From Fonticula alba ATCC 38817 (lineage: Eukaryota > Protista > Nucleariida), in NCBI GenBank assembly GCA_000388065.2, contig KB932210.1: a stretch of 64,000 nt of DNA; one strand, written 5' to 3'. A program made the position numbers and the translations under genes. The notes beneath the pieces were generated by a model. That model saw only the letters and a program-made list of their open reading frames with translations, made no database searches and had not been told where the DNA came from. The number at the start of each line of letters is the position of its first letter. Positions within the stretch are counted from its first letter, which is position 1. Shown here one piece after another: positions 23,090 to 34,400 of this stretch.

Positions 23090-23330
23090 GTGTGTTTCAT
23101 GTGCCCGGTGAAACGCAGCGGTGTGATGCCTGGGTAGAATCGGGCAACGCGTGGATGAACGGTAATGTGTATATCTGGGCACAAAGGGAATATACAATAG
23201 GCAGCGATGCAGGCGCATCGGCGGACAGAGCAGGGGCCGCAGCCTTATATACCTAGGCTGCGGCACTCATACAAGCGTTGGTAGTAGTGGGGATCACGTG
23301 TCGTGTCACGAGCGGGGCATTTCACCCGGC
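23090..23330 (+). promoter_or_regulatory. Conserved non-coding element upstream of D (homologous to 46915-47125 and 55800-56025)
   Basis: Collinear blocks TCGGGCAACGC, CAATAGGCAGCGA, hairpin GCCGCAGCCT-9nt-AGGCTGCGGC, CAAGCGTTGG, CACGAG-NNGGGC. The function is inferred. Confidence 0.65.
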
Positions 23331-23613
23331 TGCAACGATGGCGACGCCCCCCCCCCGTTCCATGGTCGCCCAAAAAGGCGCTGCCTCTGGCCCTCGCCGG
23401 GGCCAGGGAGCTAATTCTTCGCCCCGCGACTCGCGCCCTCCTCTCGCGCCCTCCTCTCGCGCCCTCCCCTCGCGCCTCCTCTTCGAAACGCTCCTGGGCT
23501 GTTTCTTGCGCACTCGCTGCTTGTGTGGCCCCCGGCCGCGATACAACCACACCAAGACCCATCTGACAACACAATTATACCCGGTTCCCCGGGCCTGGCG
23601 CCGAGTGTCCGCC

Positions 23614-26600
23614 ATGCGCATGGCGTATCGCCGCCTGTGGCAGGTGCTCCTGCTGTGGGGTCTCCTGGCCGGGGGGGGGGGGCCGTCTCGGGCGCGGCGC
23701 GCCGCTGGCGCTGCCCGAAGCCGAGGTTAGCCTCTTCCGGTCGCTGTTTCCGGTGAACCTGCTCGCGGCCCCGCCACTCGGCCTGGCCTCCGAGCATATG
23801 GCCATGGTGCGGGGGCACCACCCTCCGGCGGTTGTCAGGATCTTCAAGGACCATCACATGGTGATCCACTATGCCAGCCCGGTCTCCTCGCGGCCGGTGG
23901 GCGAGCACCGCCTCGGGGGGCTGATTTCCTCGTACTCCCCCCCCGGAGACCCTCGGCATCGAGGGGCTCCAGCCCAACTGGTCGCGCTTTCACTCGCAGC
24001 TGGTCCCCACCTCCGAGGGCAGCCCATTGGGCTGGGCCTACTCCAGCACCCACGGCCTGGCGCTTGCCAAGGTGTCCGGCCCGTGGCGGGTCTTCCCCAA
24101 GCCCAGCCTCCTGGGGGACGTCGTGGCCCTTCGGTCGGTGGGCCCCGACGAGGTCATGTATGTGGCCATGTCCCTGGGCACGACCAACGCGCTGGTGCTC
24201 GGCCGTGCCTCCCTGCAGGGGCTGTCCACCCCGGTGACGATTCCCGACCTGGGCGAGGGGCCCGCCCCGGTCCAGGCCCCGGCGCTGGCCCATGCCCCGG
24301 GGTTCTACCTGTGGGACGGGCCATCGGCCACCATCCACCACGTGCAGCACCCCGCCCGGGATGCCCTGATGGTGGTGCAGTCGGTCACCCTGTCGGCTCC
24401 TGTGCGGGATGTGGTCCAACGGCGGGTGACCGCCGGCGGTGGCACCGTCGACCGGGTGGCCCTGCTGGCCGGGGGCCTGGTCGACATCTGTCGCGAGAGC
24501 CACACCCCGGGCACATGTATCCACCACTGGCAGGTCCGCCTGCCGGCCGGCGTGCCGCCCGATGGCCAGCTCCTGGCCCCCGAGGCGCATTTGTCCCCGG
24601 TGCCCATCGGCTGGGTGGGGTACATTGCCATGGGGGCCGGCTCGACCGGCGCACCGCCGGCCCTTTGGCAGTTGCACTTCTCCAGTGGCTCGCCGGCGCG
24701 CCGGGTCCAGGTGCACATGCCTCACAGCATCTCCTTCGGCCAGCTGCTGCCGGTGCTGGTCCCGGCCGGCGGGCCGGGCCTCACTTGGGGCCTGACGGAG
24801 CAGAGCCTCCTGCTGGCGTCCGAGGCGCTCGGCTGCGACGGCGCCGATCCGTCGATCGTTTGTGCCTGCAGCCTGGCTTTCTTGTTCTGTGGATACACGT
24901 GCGCCCAGGACCGGTTCACCTCGCCCCTCATGGCGCCGGGGCTCCTCTGCGGCGGGTGTGCCGCCCTTCACCAGCCCAAGGACCCGTGGTCGCTGGACGG
25001 TGCGACCTGGCTCTGGCCTCGCCCCCCGGTGGCGCGTCTCGCTTGCCACCCCCTCGACCTGCCTCTCTGACCTCGGCGCTCTGCCCACCATAACCGCCAT
25101 GTTGCCGCGTCCGCCGCGGTCGCCGCCATGTGCGCGTGCCGCCATGTGCCCGTGCCGCCATGTGCCCGTGCTACCGGGCCCTTCGTCCTGCCGGCCCCGC
25201 CGTGTCCATGGGTCTCTCTCTCTGTGTGTGTATGTGCACGCGCGAACGCCCGGCCCCCGGGGCTCGCCGGTGGCCTTGTGTGCCCTGCCTCCTTGGTCTC
25301 ACGGTGACCCGGCCGGCCGGTTGGCGACCCTCAATCTGCCCCGGTGCGCGGCTTCCGCCGGCCATGCCCTGGCCCTGCCACGGGCAGATCCCTGCGAGCC
25401 CTGCTCGGTGGACAACTGCGAGGTCTGCAGCGGCGACGAATGTCTCGTGTGCACCCAGCCGTTCCTGGCCCAGGTGGACCCGGCCACCGGGAAGTGGCAA
25501 TGTGTGAGTGCCTGTGCATCGGGCTACTCGCAGGGGACCGGGCAGCGCTGCTCGCCGGACCCCTCCACCGCGGGGCTGGTGCTGGACGTCGCCCACGCCC
25601 GGCTGGAGCTGGACATGGCGCCCGGGCAGGCGGCCGCCGGCGGGTGGCACTTTGCCAGTACCCACCTCGCCCAGCACCCGGGCGGAACGCGACTGCTCGG
25701 CGCGGCTGCCAGTGCGGGGGACCTGGCCCGGCACCTGCTGGCCATCTCCCTGGCGTCGGATGGGCCGCCGCTGGCCGTCCAGCTGATCGGGGCCCGGGCC
25801 CAGGCCAGTGCCCTGTCCGCATGGCCGGCCGCCACCGGGCAGCCGACCTCCTATGTGGAGTTCCCGCCCAGGCCCCAGGCGAATGGGGACCCGCTTGGCG
25901 CGGCGGTGGCCTGCATCGGCGGCCGGCTGCATTGGTCTGTCCTCCGGTGCGCCGGCCCCCGGGGGGGGGATGGCTCGTGCGCGGCATCCATCGGCCCCTT
26001 TGTCCCGATCCCGGCCGAGGGGGCGCCCCGCGCGGCCGAGCCCCTGGCATGCGCATCGCTCCGGCGCCTGACCCCGGAGCATGTGACGGTCACCACCACC
26101 CCCGGCGGGGGACCCTGCTGCTGGTCTTCGACACGGGCGCCGAGCCGGCCGTGCGGGTGCTGCTCGCGCTGGAGTCGTGTCACACGCACCCGGCCATGGT
26201 GCGCCTGCCCCGGGAGCCGGCCGGCCCGGGGGCCACCCTGCTGGAGGACTTCCTCGTGGAGGCCGGCTCGACCTCCATCAGCCTCGTGCCCTTCTCGCTG
26301 CGCCGGAATGCGGATCCGCTGGCGGCCGGCTCCTTCCCGATGAGCACCCCGCTGAGCGGGCTGTGGATGCCCGTGGCCCTGGCAGCCGAGCCAGGTGCCG
26401 TGGGCCAGCAGGACCTGCTCGTGTCGACCATCTTGACGACGTCCGCCGGGGGGGCCGGGGGGCCTGGCACCGGGTCGGACATCCACCGGTGGATGGTCTA
26501 CCACTCGGGCCTCGGGACCACCGGGTCCCAGCAGCGCACCATCAATGTGCCGATCATGGTCGAGGAGCTGGGCATCCTGCCGGAGGACCCGCCCAGCAAG

Positions 26601-29600
26601 TACCAGATCCGGGGGCTGAGCCTGGCCGAGCGCCGGGACCCGCGCTTCCCCGGGGCCCTGGTCCTGCTGACCGAGCGCCATGTGGGCCTGGCCCTGATGG
26701 AGTGCGCCCCGCGGCCGGGGCTGCGGCTGGCCGGCGCCGGGGGGTCCACCTCGCCGCCGGTGCGGGCGCTGTGTCGCATGCACCGGGCCCGGTTTACCCC
26801 CCACCCCGGGGGGGCCGGCCTTCCCCTGGCGCATGTGGCCGCGGTGCATGTGCTTCCGCCGGACTTCGCCCCGGACCGCCGGTCGCTGGCCCTCCTGCTG
26901 CCGGGGCTGCACGACGCGCCGGCCACCGTGCTGTTGGTCACGGCGGATGTCTGCCCGCCGGGGACCTTCCCGCCGGAGTGCGCCAGCTGCGCCGACCGGT
27001 GCGCAGCCTGCACCGGGCCGGCCCCGGGCGACTGCACCGGCTGCCGGCTGGCCGCGTTCGATGCGCCGGCCGCCTGCCTGGACGCCTGCCCGCCCGGGCT
27101 CGAGCCCGGCCCCGACAGCCTGTGCACCTGCATGCGAGGCTGCGCCGCCTGTGGGCCGGTCTCCGCCGGGCGGTATGCCTGCACCGGGTGCCAGGCGGCC
27201 CATGCCCCGCCGGCCGGGGTCCAGCACCCGGCAACATGCCTGCCGTGCGACAGGACGTGCGCCGAGTGCCGGGTCCCTGGCGACCCGGCGGCCTGCACCG
27301 GGTGTGCCCCGGGCAGGCACCTGCACCAGGGGGCCTGCCTGGACGCCTGCCCGCCGGACTTCTGGCCCGACGCGCAGGGCGCCTGCCGGCCATGCCCGGA
27401 GGGCTGCTCCAAGTGCGTCAACGAGGCCCATTGCGAGGTGTGCAAGCCGGGCTGGCACCAGAGCTCGCGCGTGTGTCTCCGCTGCCATGGCTCCTGTCAG
27501 ACGTGCACCACGGCCGAGGCCTGTGACTCCTGCATGGCGGGCCTGGTGTTCCTGGACCCCCAGGCGCCCTCGCTGTGCGGCAGCACCTGCGCCCCCGGCG
27601 AGTATGCCGGCGCGGGCCGATGTGTCACATGCGATGGGTCTTGTGCCCTGTGCGACCAGGCGGCCGACCGGTGCCAGGTGTGTGCGGCCGGCTTCCGCTG
27701 GNNNNNNNNNNNNNNNNNNNNNNNNNNNNNNNNNNNNNNNNNNNNNNNNNNNNNNNNNNNNNNNNNNNNNNNNNNNNNNNNNNNNNNNNNNNNNNNNNNN
27801 NNNNNNNNNNNNNNNNNNNNNNNNNNNNNNNNNNNNNNNNNNNNNNNNNNNNNNNNNNNNNNNNNNNNNNNNNNNNNNNNNNNNNNNNNNNNNNNNNNNN
27901 NNNNNNNNNNNNNNNNNNNNNNNNNNNNNNNNNNNNNNNNNNNNNNNNNNNNNNNNNNNNNNNNNNNNNNNNNNNNNNNNNNNNNNNNNNNNNNNNNNNN
28001 NNNNNNNNNNNNNNNNNNNNNNNNNNNNNNNNNNNNNNNNNNNNNNNNNNNNNNNNNNNNNNNNNNNNNNNNNNNNNNNNNNNNNNNNNNNNNNNNNNNN
28101 NNNNNNNNNNNNNNNNNNNNNNNNNNNNNNNNNNNNNNNNNNNNNNNNNNNNNNNNNNNNNNNNNNNNNNNNNNNNNNNNNNNNNNNNNNNNNNNNNNNN
28201 NNNNNNNNNNNNNNNNNNNNNNNNNNNNNNNNNNNNNNNNNNNNNNNNNNNNNNNNNNNNNNNNNNNNNNNNNNNNNNNNNTGCCGCCAGTGCGCGGCGC
28301 ACTGCTCCAGCTGCCCCGGGTCGCCGGACACCTGCGCCCTGTGCGAGCGCGGGTGGCTGCTGGCCGGCCCGGCCTGTGTCGACGAGTGCCCCGGCTCCTC
28401 GGTGGCCCTGGGCGGTCTGTGTGCCACCTGTCACGAGTCCTGCGGCACATGCTACGGCCCGGGGCCGGCGCACTGCCTGACGTGCGGTGCGGATGCCCCG
28501 CTCCTGGTGGACGGCCGCTGCCTGGCCGCCTGCCCGGCCGGCACCTTCCAGAGCGGAGAAACATGTCTGCCGTGCAGTCCGACCTGCGGTGCGTGCTCCG
28601 GGCCCGGGGCCGCTGAGTGCACGGCCTGCCCGGGGGACCGAGCCCTGCTTGACGGCGTCTGCGTGGTGTCCTGCTCGGAGGGGTATTTGACAAAGGACCA
28701 TGGCACGGCCGGGCGCATGTGCGTGCCCTGCGATGGCTCGTGCGCCGGGTGCACCGGGCCCGGGGCCGATCAGTGCACGGCCTGCGCCGGCGCCGGCCGG
28801 CTGCACATGGGCACGTGTGTGGGTGTCTGCCCGGCTGGCACCTTCGGCTGCGGGGTCACGACGAAGTGCGAGCCCTGCGCCGAGCGCTGTGCCGAGTGCA
28901 TGGTGCTCGTCGACACGCCCGACCTCGGGTGCACATCCTCGTGCCGGGCGTGCGCGGCGGGCTTTGCCCTGTCCCCGTCGACCGGCGAGTGCGTTGCCGA
29001 CTGCCCGGCCGGCGAGTACAGCGTGGGCCCCGGCACCTGCGCCCCATGCGGCCCCCCCTGCCGGGCATGCTTCGGCGCGGCCGAGCACTGCACCTCGTGC
29101 GCGGACCCGGGTGCCTGGCTGCATGTGGACGCCGGGGCCTGTGTGAGCAGGTGCCCGGAGGAGCGAGCAGCACCAGTCGAGCGTGTGCATGCCTTGCCGC
29201 CGGTCCCGGCGCGGGTGTGCCTCGGCTGCCAGGCGGGGTGCTTGCGGTGCGCCGCCGGCGCCGGGCTGCCGGAGTGCGCCTTCGGCCCGGGCGGGGAGCT
29301 GTCCTGCCCGGTGGCCGACGTGTGCCTCGAGTGCGAGGCCGGCCTGCTGGTGCTGGGGGGTGCGTGTGTGGCCAGCTGCCCGGACGGGACGTTCGCGGAT
29401 CGCGACGCGCCGGCGCCGGCCTGCGCGCCCTGCCACGTCGGGTGCGACAGATGCATCGGACCCGAGGAGGCAGACTGTCTCGCCAACAACTCTGGCAAGC
29501 GCCAGCTCGGTGCGCGGCGCCTGTTGCCCATTTGTGATGCCCCCCCCCCCTTGCTCGCCCGTCTGACGTGTGGCTCTCTGTGCAGCCCTTGGTCTAGGCA

Positions 29601-30999
29601 TCGGCCTCGGGCTGTTGCTGCTCATCCTCCTCGTGGCGCTTGTTCTTGTACTTTACCTTCGCCTCCGGCGTCAGCGGAGGCACTCGAGCAAGGTGCGTGC
29701 TAGTCTTTGCTCCCCGGTCTCCAGGAATGTCACTTACCCCACTCATGCAGACCCACGACGACGAGGACGCCACCGTGATGAACACCATGCTGGAGCTGTC
29801 CCTCCCGGGCAGCATCCTGGTCAGCATCGCCAGCGACTTCTCGCCGCTCAACGAGGAGGCACTGGGCGCCGGGACCCAGGCGTCGGTGTTCGCGGCGCGC
29901 GCCGTCGGGGCCGGCATCTCCGACCGGCTGGGCTGCCCGGGCACCGTGGCCATCAAGCAGCTGAAGGCCGCGCGCATGACCCCGGNNNNNNNNNNNNNNN
30001 NNNNNNNNNNNNNNNNNNNNNNNNNNNNNNNNNNNNNNNNNNNNNNNNNNNNNNNNNNNNNNNNNNNNNNNNNNNNNNNNNNNNNNNNNNNNNNNNNNNN
30101 NNNNNNNNNNNNNNNNNNNNNNNNNNNNNNNNNNNNNNNNNNNNNNNNNNNNNNNNNNNNNNNNNNNNNNNNNNNNNNNNNNNNNNNNNNNNNNNNNNNN
30201 NNNNNNNNNNNNNNNNNNNNNNNNNNNNNNNNNNNNNNNNNNNNNNNNNNNNNNNNNNNNNNNNNNNNNNNNNNNNNNNNNNNNNNNNNNNNNNNNNNNN
30301 NNNNNNNNNNNNNNNNNNNNNNNNNNNNNNNNNNNNNNNNNNNNNNNNNNNNNNNNNNNNNNNNNNNNNNNNNNNNNNNNNNNNNNNNNNNNNNNNNNNN
30401 NNNNNNNNNNNNNNNNNNNNNNNNNNNNNNNNNNNNNNNNNNNNNNNNNNNNNNNNNNNNNNNNNNNNNNNNNCCAGCAGTGGGCCTCCGGGCTGGAGGC
30501 CATGCATGCGCAGGGGATCGCCCACCGGGACCTGAAGCCGGGCAACGTTTTTGTCAGCCAGCGCCTGGACGGGGGCTGGCGCGCAGCCCTCGGCGATTTG
30601 GGCACCTCGCGCAACCTGAACACCGACCGGTCGTCCACCCTCGTAAGCCAGGCGCCGGAGCTGAACGCCATGACGGCGCGGTACGCCGCCCCGGAGGTGC
30701 TGGCCGCCTTCCAGCGGAAGCGCCCGCTCGATCGCGAGCTCCTCCTCCCGGGGGACATCTACAGCGCGGCCGTCATGCTGTGGGAGTGCCTCACGCGCAC
30801 GGTCCCCTGGGAGGGGTCCTTCTTCGATGAGATCGCCGCGCATGTGCTGGCCGGCGAGCGGCCGGCCATCTCCTTTGACGGGCCGCTGGCGGACCTGCTG
30901 CCGCTGGCGTGGGACGCCAACCCGCACGCCCGGCCACCGGCCGCCGCCCTCCGGCAGAAGGTCGCCATGACCGCCCTGATGGGTGCTAACCAGCCCTAG
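23614..30999 (+). CDS. Receptor kinase paralogue D; three single-base frameshifts at homopolymers (error or pseudogene); introns 25000-25387, 29510-29585, 29693-29750; gaps 27702-28280 and 29986-30473
   Basis: Signal MRMAYRRLWQVLLLWGLLAG. The family-like reading switches frame at G12 (23671-82), C8 (23937-44) and G5 (26107-11). Cys cap, domain 2, stalk, 107-nt TM exon and kinase (HRDLKPGN, DLG, APE) run to TAG 30999. Confidence 0.8.
25122..25170. repeat. 16-bp tandem repeat (GCCGCCATGTGCCCGT) x3 in intron 1 of D
   Basis: Direct reading; one copy has a single C/G change. Confidence 0.85.
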
Positions 31000-31427
31000 A
31001 GCCGCCCAGCCGGGGACACCCAATACACACAGATCGCCCGGGAGCGTGCTTCGGTGTACAAGGGTTGGCACCTCGGCCGGTCCATCTCCGCCCGCGGACA
31101 ATTCGCCCTTCCGGCGCGGCTGCCGCGGGCCGGCGCATCCGTGTCTGTGTGTATAAGTGGTGGTGGCTCGCGGGGCTGGCGCTTGGACAGGTATTTGGAA
31201 AGGTAGCGAGGGCGGCCGCGGCCCGGATCCGGCCGACCTCGCCTATTTCTGCGCCCTTCCCGGCGGGGTTGTGCCCGGAGCATGTCCCGCAAAGTGCCCC
31301 CCCCCCCCCCCCCCGCGCTCCCCCTGCGCCTCCCCCCGTTCCGTGCCCTTTTCCACCTCCTCCACACGCCGCCCGGCCCTCGTTGCCGCGTGGCTGTTAC
31401 CGTGTGCCGCCCCTGCAGCCGGGCAGG

Positions 31428-34400
31428 ATGGCCCCCCCCCGTGCACCGCACGGGCGCCGAGGCTGGCCCGGCCGGCAGTCGGTCCTCTTGGCGGCCCTGG
31501 TCCTGCTCCAGCTGCTGGCGCTCTGCCAGCCGGAGTCGGGCACCGCCGCGGCGGCGGCCGGCTTGCGGGACCCGGCCCCCCTGTACCGGGCGCCGGTGCC
31601 CCTGTTCCCCGGGATCCGGAGCCCGGACGATGCCATCGGCTTTTTCGGCAGGCAAGACACCTCGGGCTTGAGCTACCTGGCCGTCTTCCAGGCCGACGGC
31701 CATGTGGCCATCCACCAGCAGGCCGGCATCCAGTACGCCATCAACAGCCAGGCTCGGAGCGGGGCCTTTTTCTCGGCCACCCCGACCCTCGAGATGGGCA
31801 AGGCCATCACCCGGCCCGGGCCGTATCGGCTGGTGCTGGCCGCGTCGGACAGCGGGCCGGCATTCTTGGCCTTTGCCGCCACCTGGGCGGGCCTTTTCAA
31901 GGATGGCGAGTGGCTCACCTTCGATATGACGGCCGGCCCGGTCGACGTGCTGGACTACCTGGCCCTCGCGCCGCTCCAGGTTCTGGTGGTAGTGCGTGCC
32001 ACTGACTCCAACGCGCTGTACCTCCTCCAGCTGTCGGTCCAGCTGATGGAGCGGAAGCTAGCGGTGCCCGGCTCGGTGACCGGCCCCATCACCGCCCGGA
32101 TCAGCCGCAGGCCGGCCATCCAGGTGGCCCTCCAAGACGGGGTGTACTTCTTCGAGCCCGGCGGCGCGGGCCCCCTGCAGCCTGTGGGCCATCTTCCCCT
32201 GCCGGGCCATGTGTCGGACTTGGCCGTTGTCAAGATGCCCAACACGAACTACGACGGCCTGGTGCTGGTCCTGCAGCAGCAGCAGCAGCAGCAGCAGACC
32301 ATCCACATATGCCCGGAGATCGACTTGGCCTGGAACTGCGCGGGGGGCCACCAGCTTGCCCCTCCCGGCGGGCCGATGGCCGACCTCCGGCTAAGGCCGC
32401 CCCCGGGTGGGGAGCTGTTCGCGCACCCCCCGACGGACTGGCTGCTCGTCGGCGATGCCGCAACCGGTGCCATGTACCGGGTGTTCCTGGCCGCCAACGA
32501 GCCCGACCCCTGGCAAGCGGTCCTGCTGCCGCCCGGCCTCACCGCGCCCGAGGCCCTGCAGGTCATGTACCTTGCCATGGCCGGCGGGTCGGCCGCCCCG
32601 CAGGAGGCGCTGACCGACCGGCAGACGGCCTACTTCCACTACCAGGCCTTCTGCCAGGGCGACTCCACGGTTTCCTGCGACAGCCCGGACTTCTGGCACC
32701 TTGCCTCCGATGACGGGTACACATGCTCCCCCGGGCGTGCCCTCTCGCCGCTGAACATGCCCGCGTCCCTGTGCGGGGCCTGCGCCGCTGGCTTCTTCAT
32801 GCCGAGCCATGGTGCGTCTGCCCACCTCCTGTCCCCGCCCCCGCCCCCGGCCCCGCGCCCCCCGCGTCGCCACCGGGTCGCCCGCCCTGGGCTCCCTCCC
32901 GGGGGTCCGGGGCTGCCCTTGCCCCGGTCTTCTGGCCCATGGGCCCCCTTGCATGCGCCACACGCTCGACTAACCGGACCTCCCGCCGGTGGGGCTCCCA
33001 CAGCGACCGGCTCCTGCAGCCCCTGCTCGTCGGCCATGTGCGAGGTGTGCTCCCTGGCCGGGGATTGCCTCGTTTGCCAGGCGCCCCGGCTGCTGCAGAT
33101 GGTCCCGGCCTCCGGGAAGGATGCCTGCGTGGTGGCGTGCAGCCCGGGCTTCGTGCCGGACGCCGGGGGGACTCGCTGTGTGCCGCCGGCGGCCATGGCG
33201 CAGGCCAGCCCGTCGGCGCCCCAGCCACTGGCCCACGCCCAAGCTCCGGCGCTGGTGGTCTTCCGGTCGTACGTCCACGTGGAAAATGGCCAATGCCGCC
33301 TGTACGCGGCCGACACGCCGGTCTCCCAGCTGGCGGGCAACCTCCTGGCCCTGAGTGGGAGTGACTCACCGCCGGAGTGGATCCGGCCAAATCCGGCCCC
33401 CCCCGGCGGGGTCCTCACCACTGCCCTGCCCTGTCCAGCGGCCGGGACCCTGTCCGAGGCCTTCTTCGCGGCGGTAGAGCTGCCGCCGGCTCTGGATGCA
33501 AATGGCAGGATGGTTTCCCGGGTGGTGGCCTGTCAGGAGAATGGGTCTCTCTATGTCAGGCAGATGGCCTGCGCCGCCGCGGATAGCAGCAACACCCTCC
33601 CCTGCACCTTGGTGGAGTCCCTGCCCTCGAATCACCACTCGGGCTTCGGTCAGTGTGCCTCCCTGCGGCAGGTGTCGGCCCGCCGGGTGTCCATGCTGAC
33701 AGCCGCCGGCCAGCTGCGGCTCCTGACCATCGACCCCCAAACCGGCACCAGCCACCTGCAAAGCCTGGCTCCCGTCTCCTGGCATCCGGTCCTGCTGCCG
33801 GGCATGCGGGCCACCCAGTCCACCGACGAGTGGCTGCTGATGCACCTGGCCGACAGCCGGTCGGTCGTCCTGCAGCCGCTGGACCTGCTGCTGGGCAGCG
33901 ACCCGCGGACCCAGGTTGCCCGGCGCCTGCTGGCGCTCCGGGCCCCGGACCCCATGCAGCCCGACCCGCGGCACCTGGAGCCGGTGCTTCTGCCGGGCAT
34001 CCGGCCCGGCGCCCCGACCGGGGAGCTTTTCCTGTCCGGGGCCCAGCCCGGCCCCGGGGGCCTGGCCAGGTGGGTGGTCGGGCATCTGCCCTTCGGCGGG
34101 CTCCCCCATGGCCGGAGTGCCGACCTGCCGCTGGCAATCCATGTGCTGGGCCACCTGGACCCGGGCTCGGCCAATGTGCTGCCCGCCTTCCGGACCTTCG
34201 CCCTGCCGGTCCCCTGGTCGGCAGACGTGCCCGGGCTGCTGGTTCTCCTGACGCCGGAGCTTGTGGGCGTGGCGCTGGTCCACTGTGGCCGGCCTCCGGG
34301 GCGCACCTGCTGGCCGCAGCCGGCTCGCTTCATCGGCCTGGACCCGCCGCTGGCCAGCCTGGACCGTGTGTCGGTGGGGGCCCTGCCGCTGGCGGCCTCC

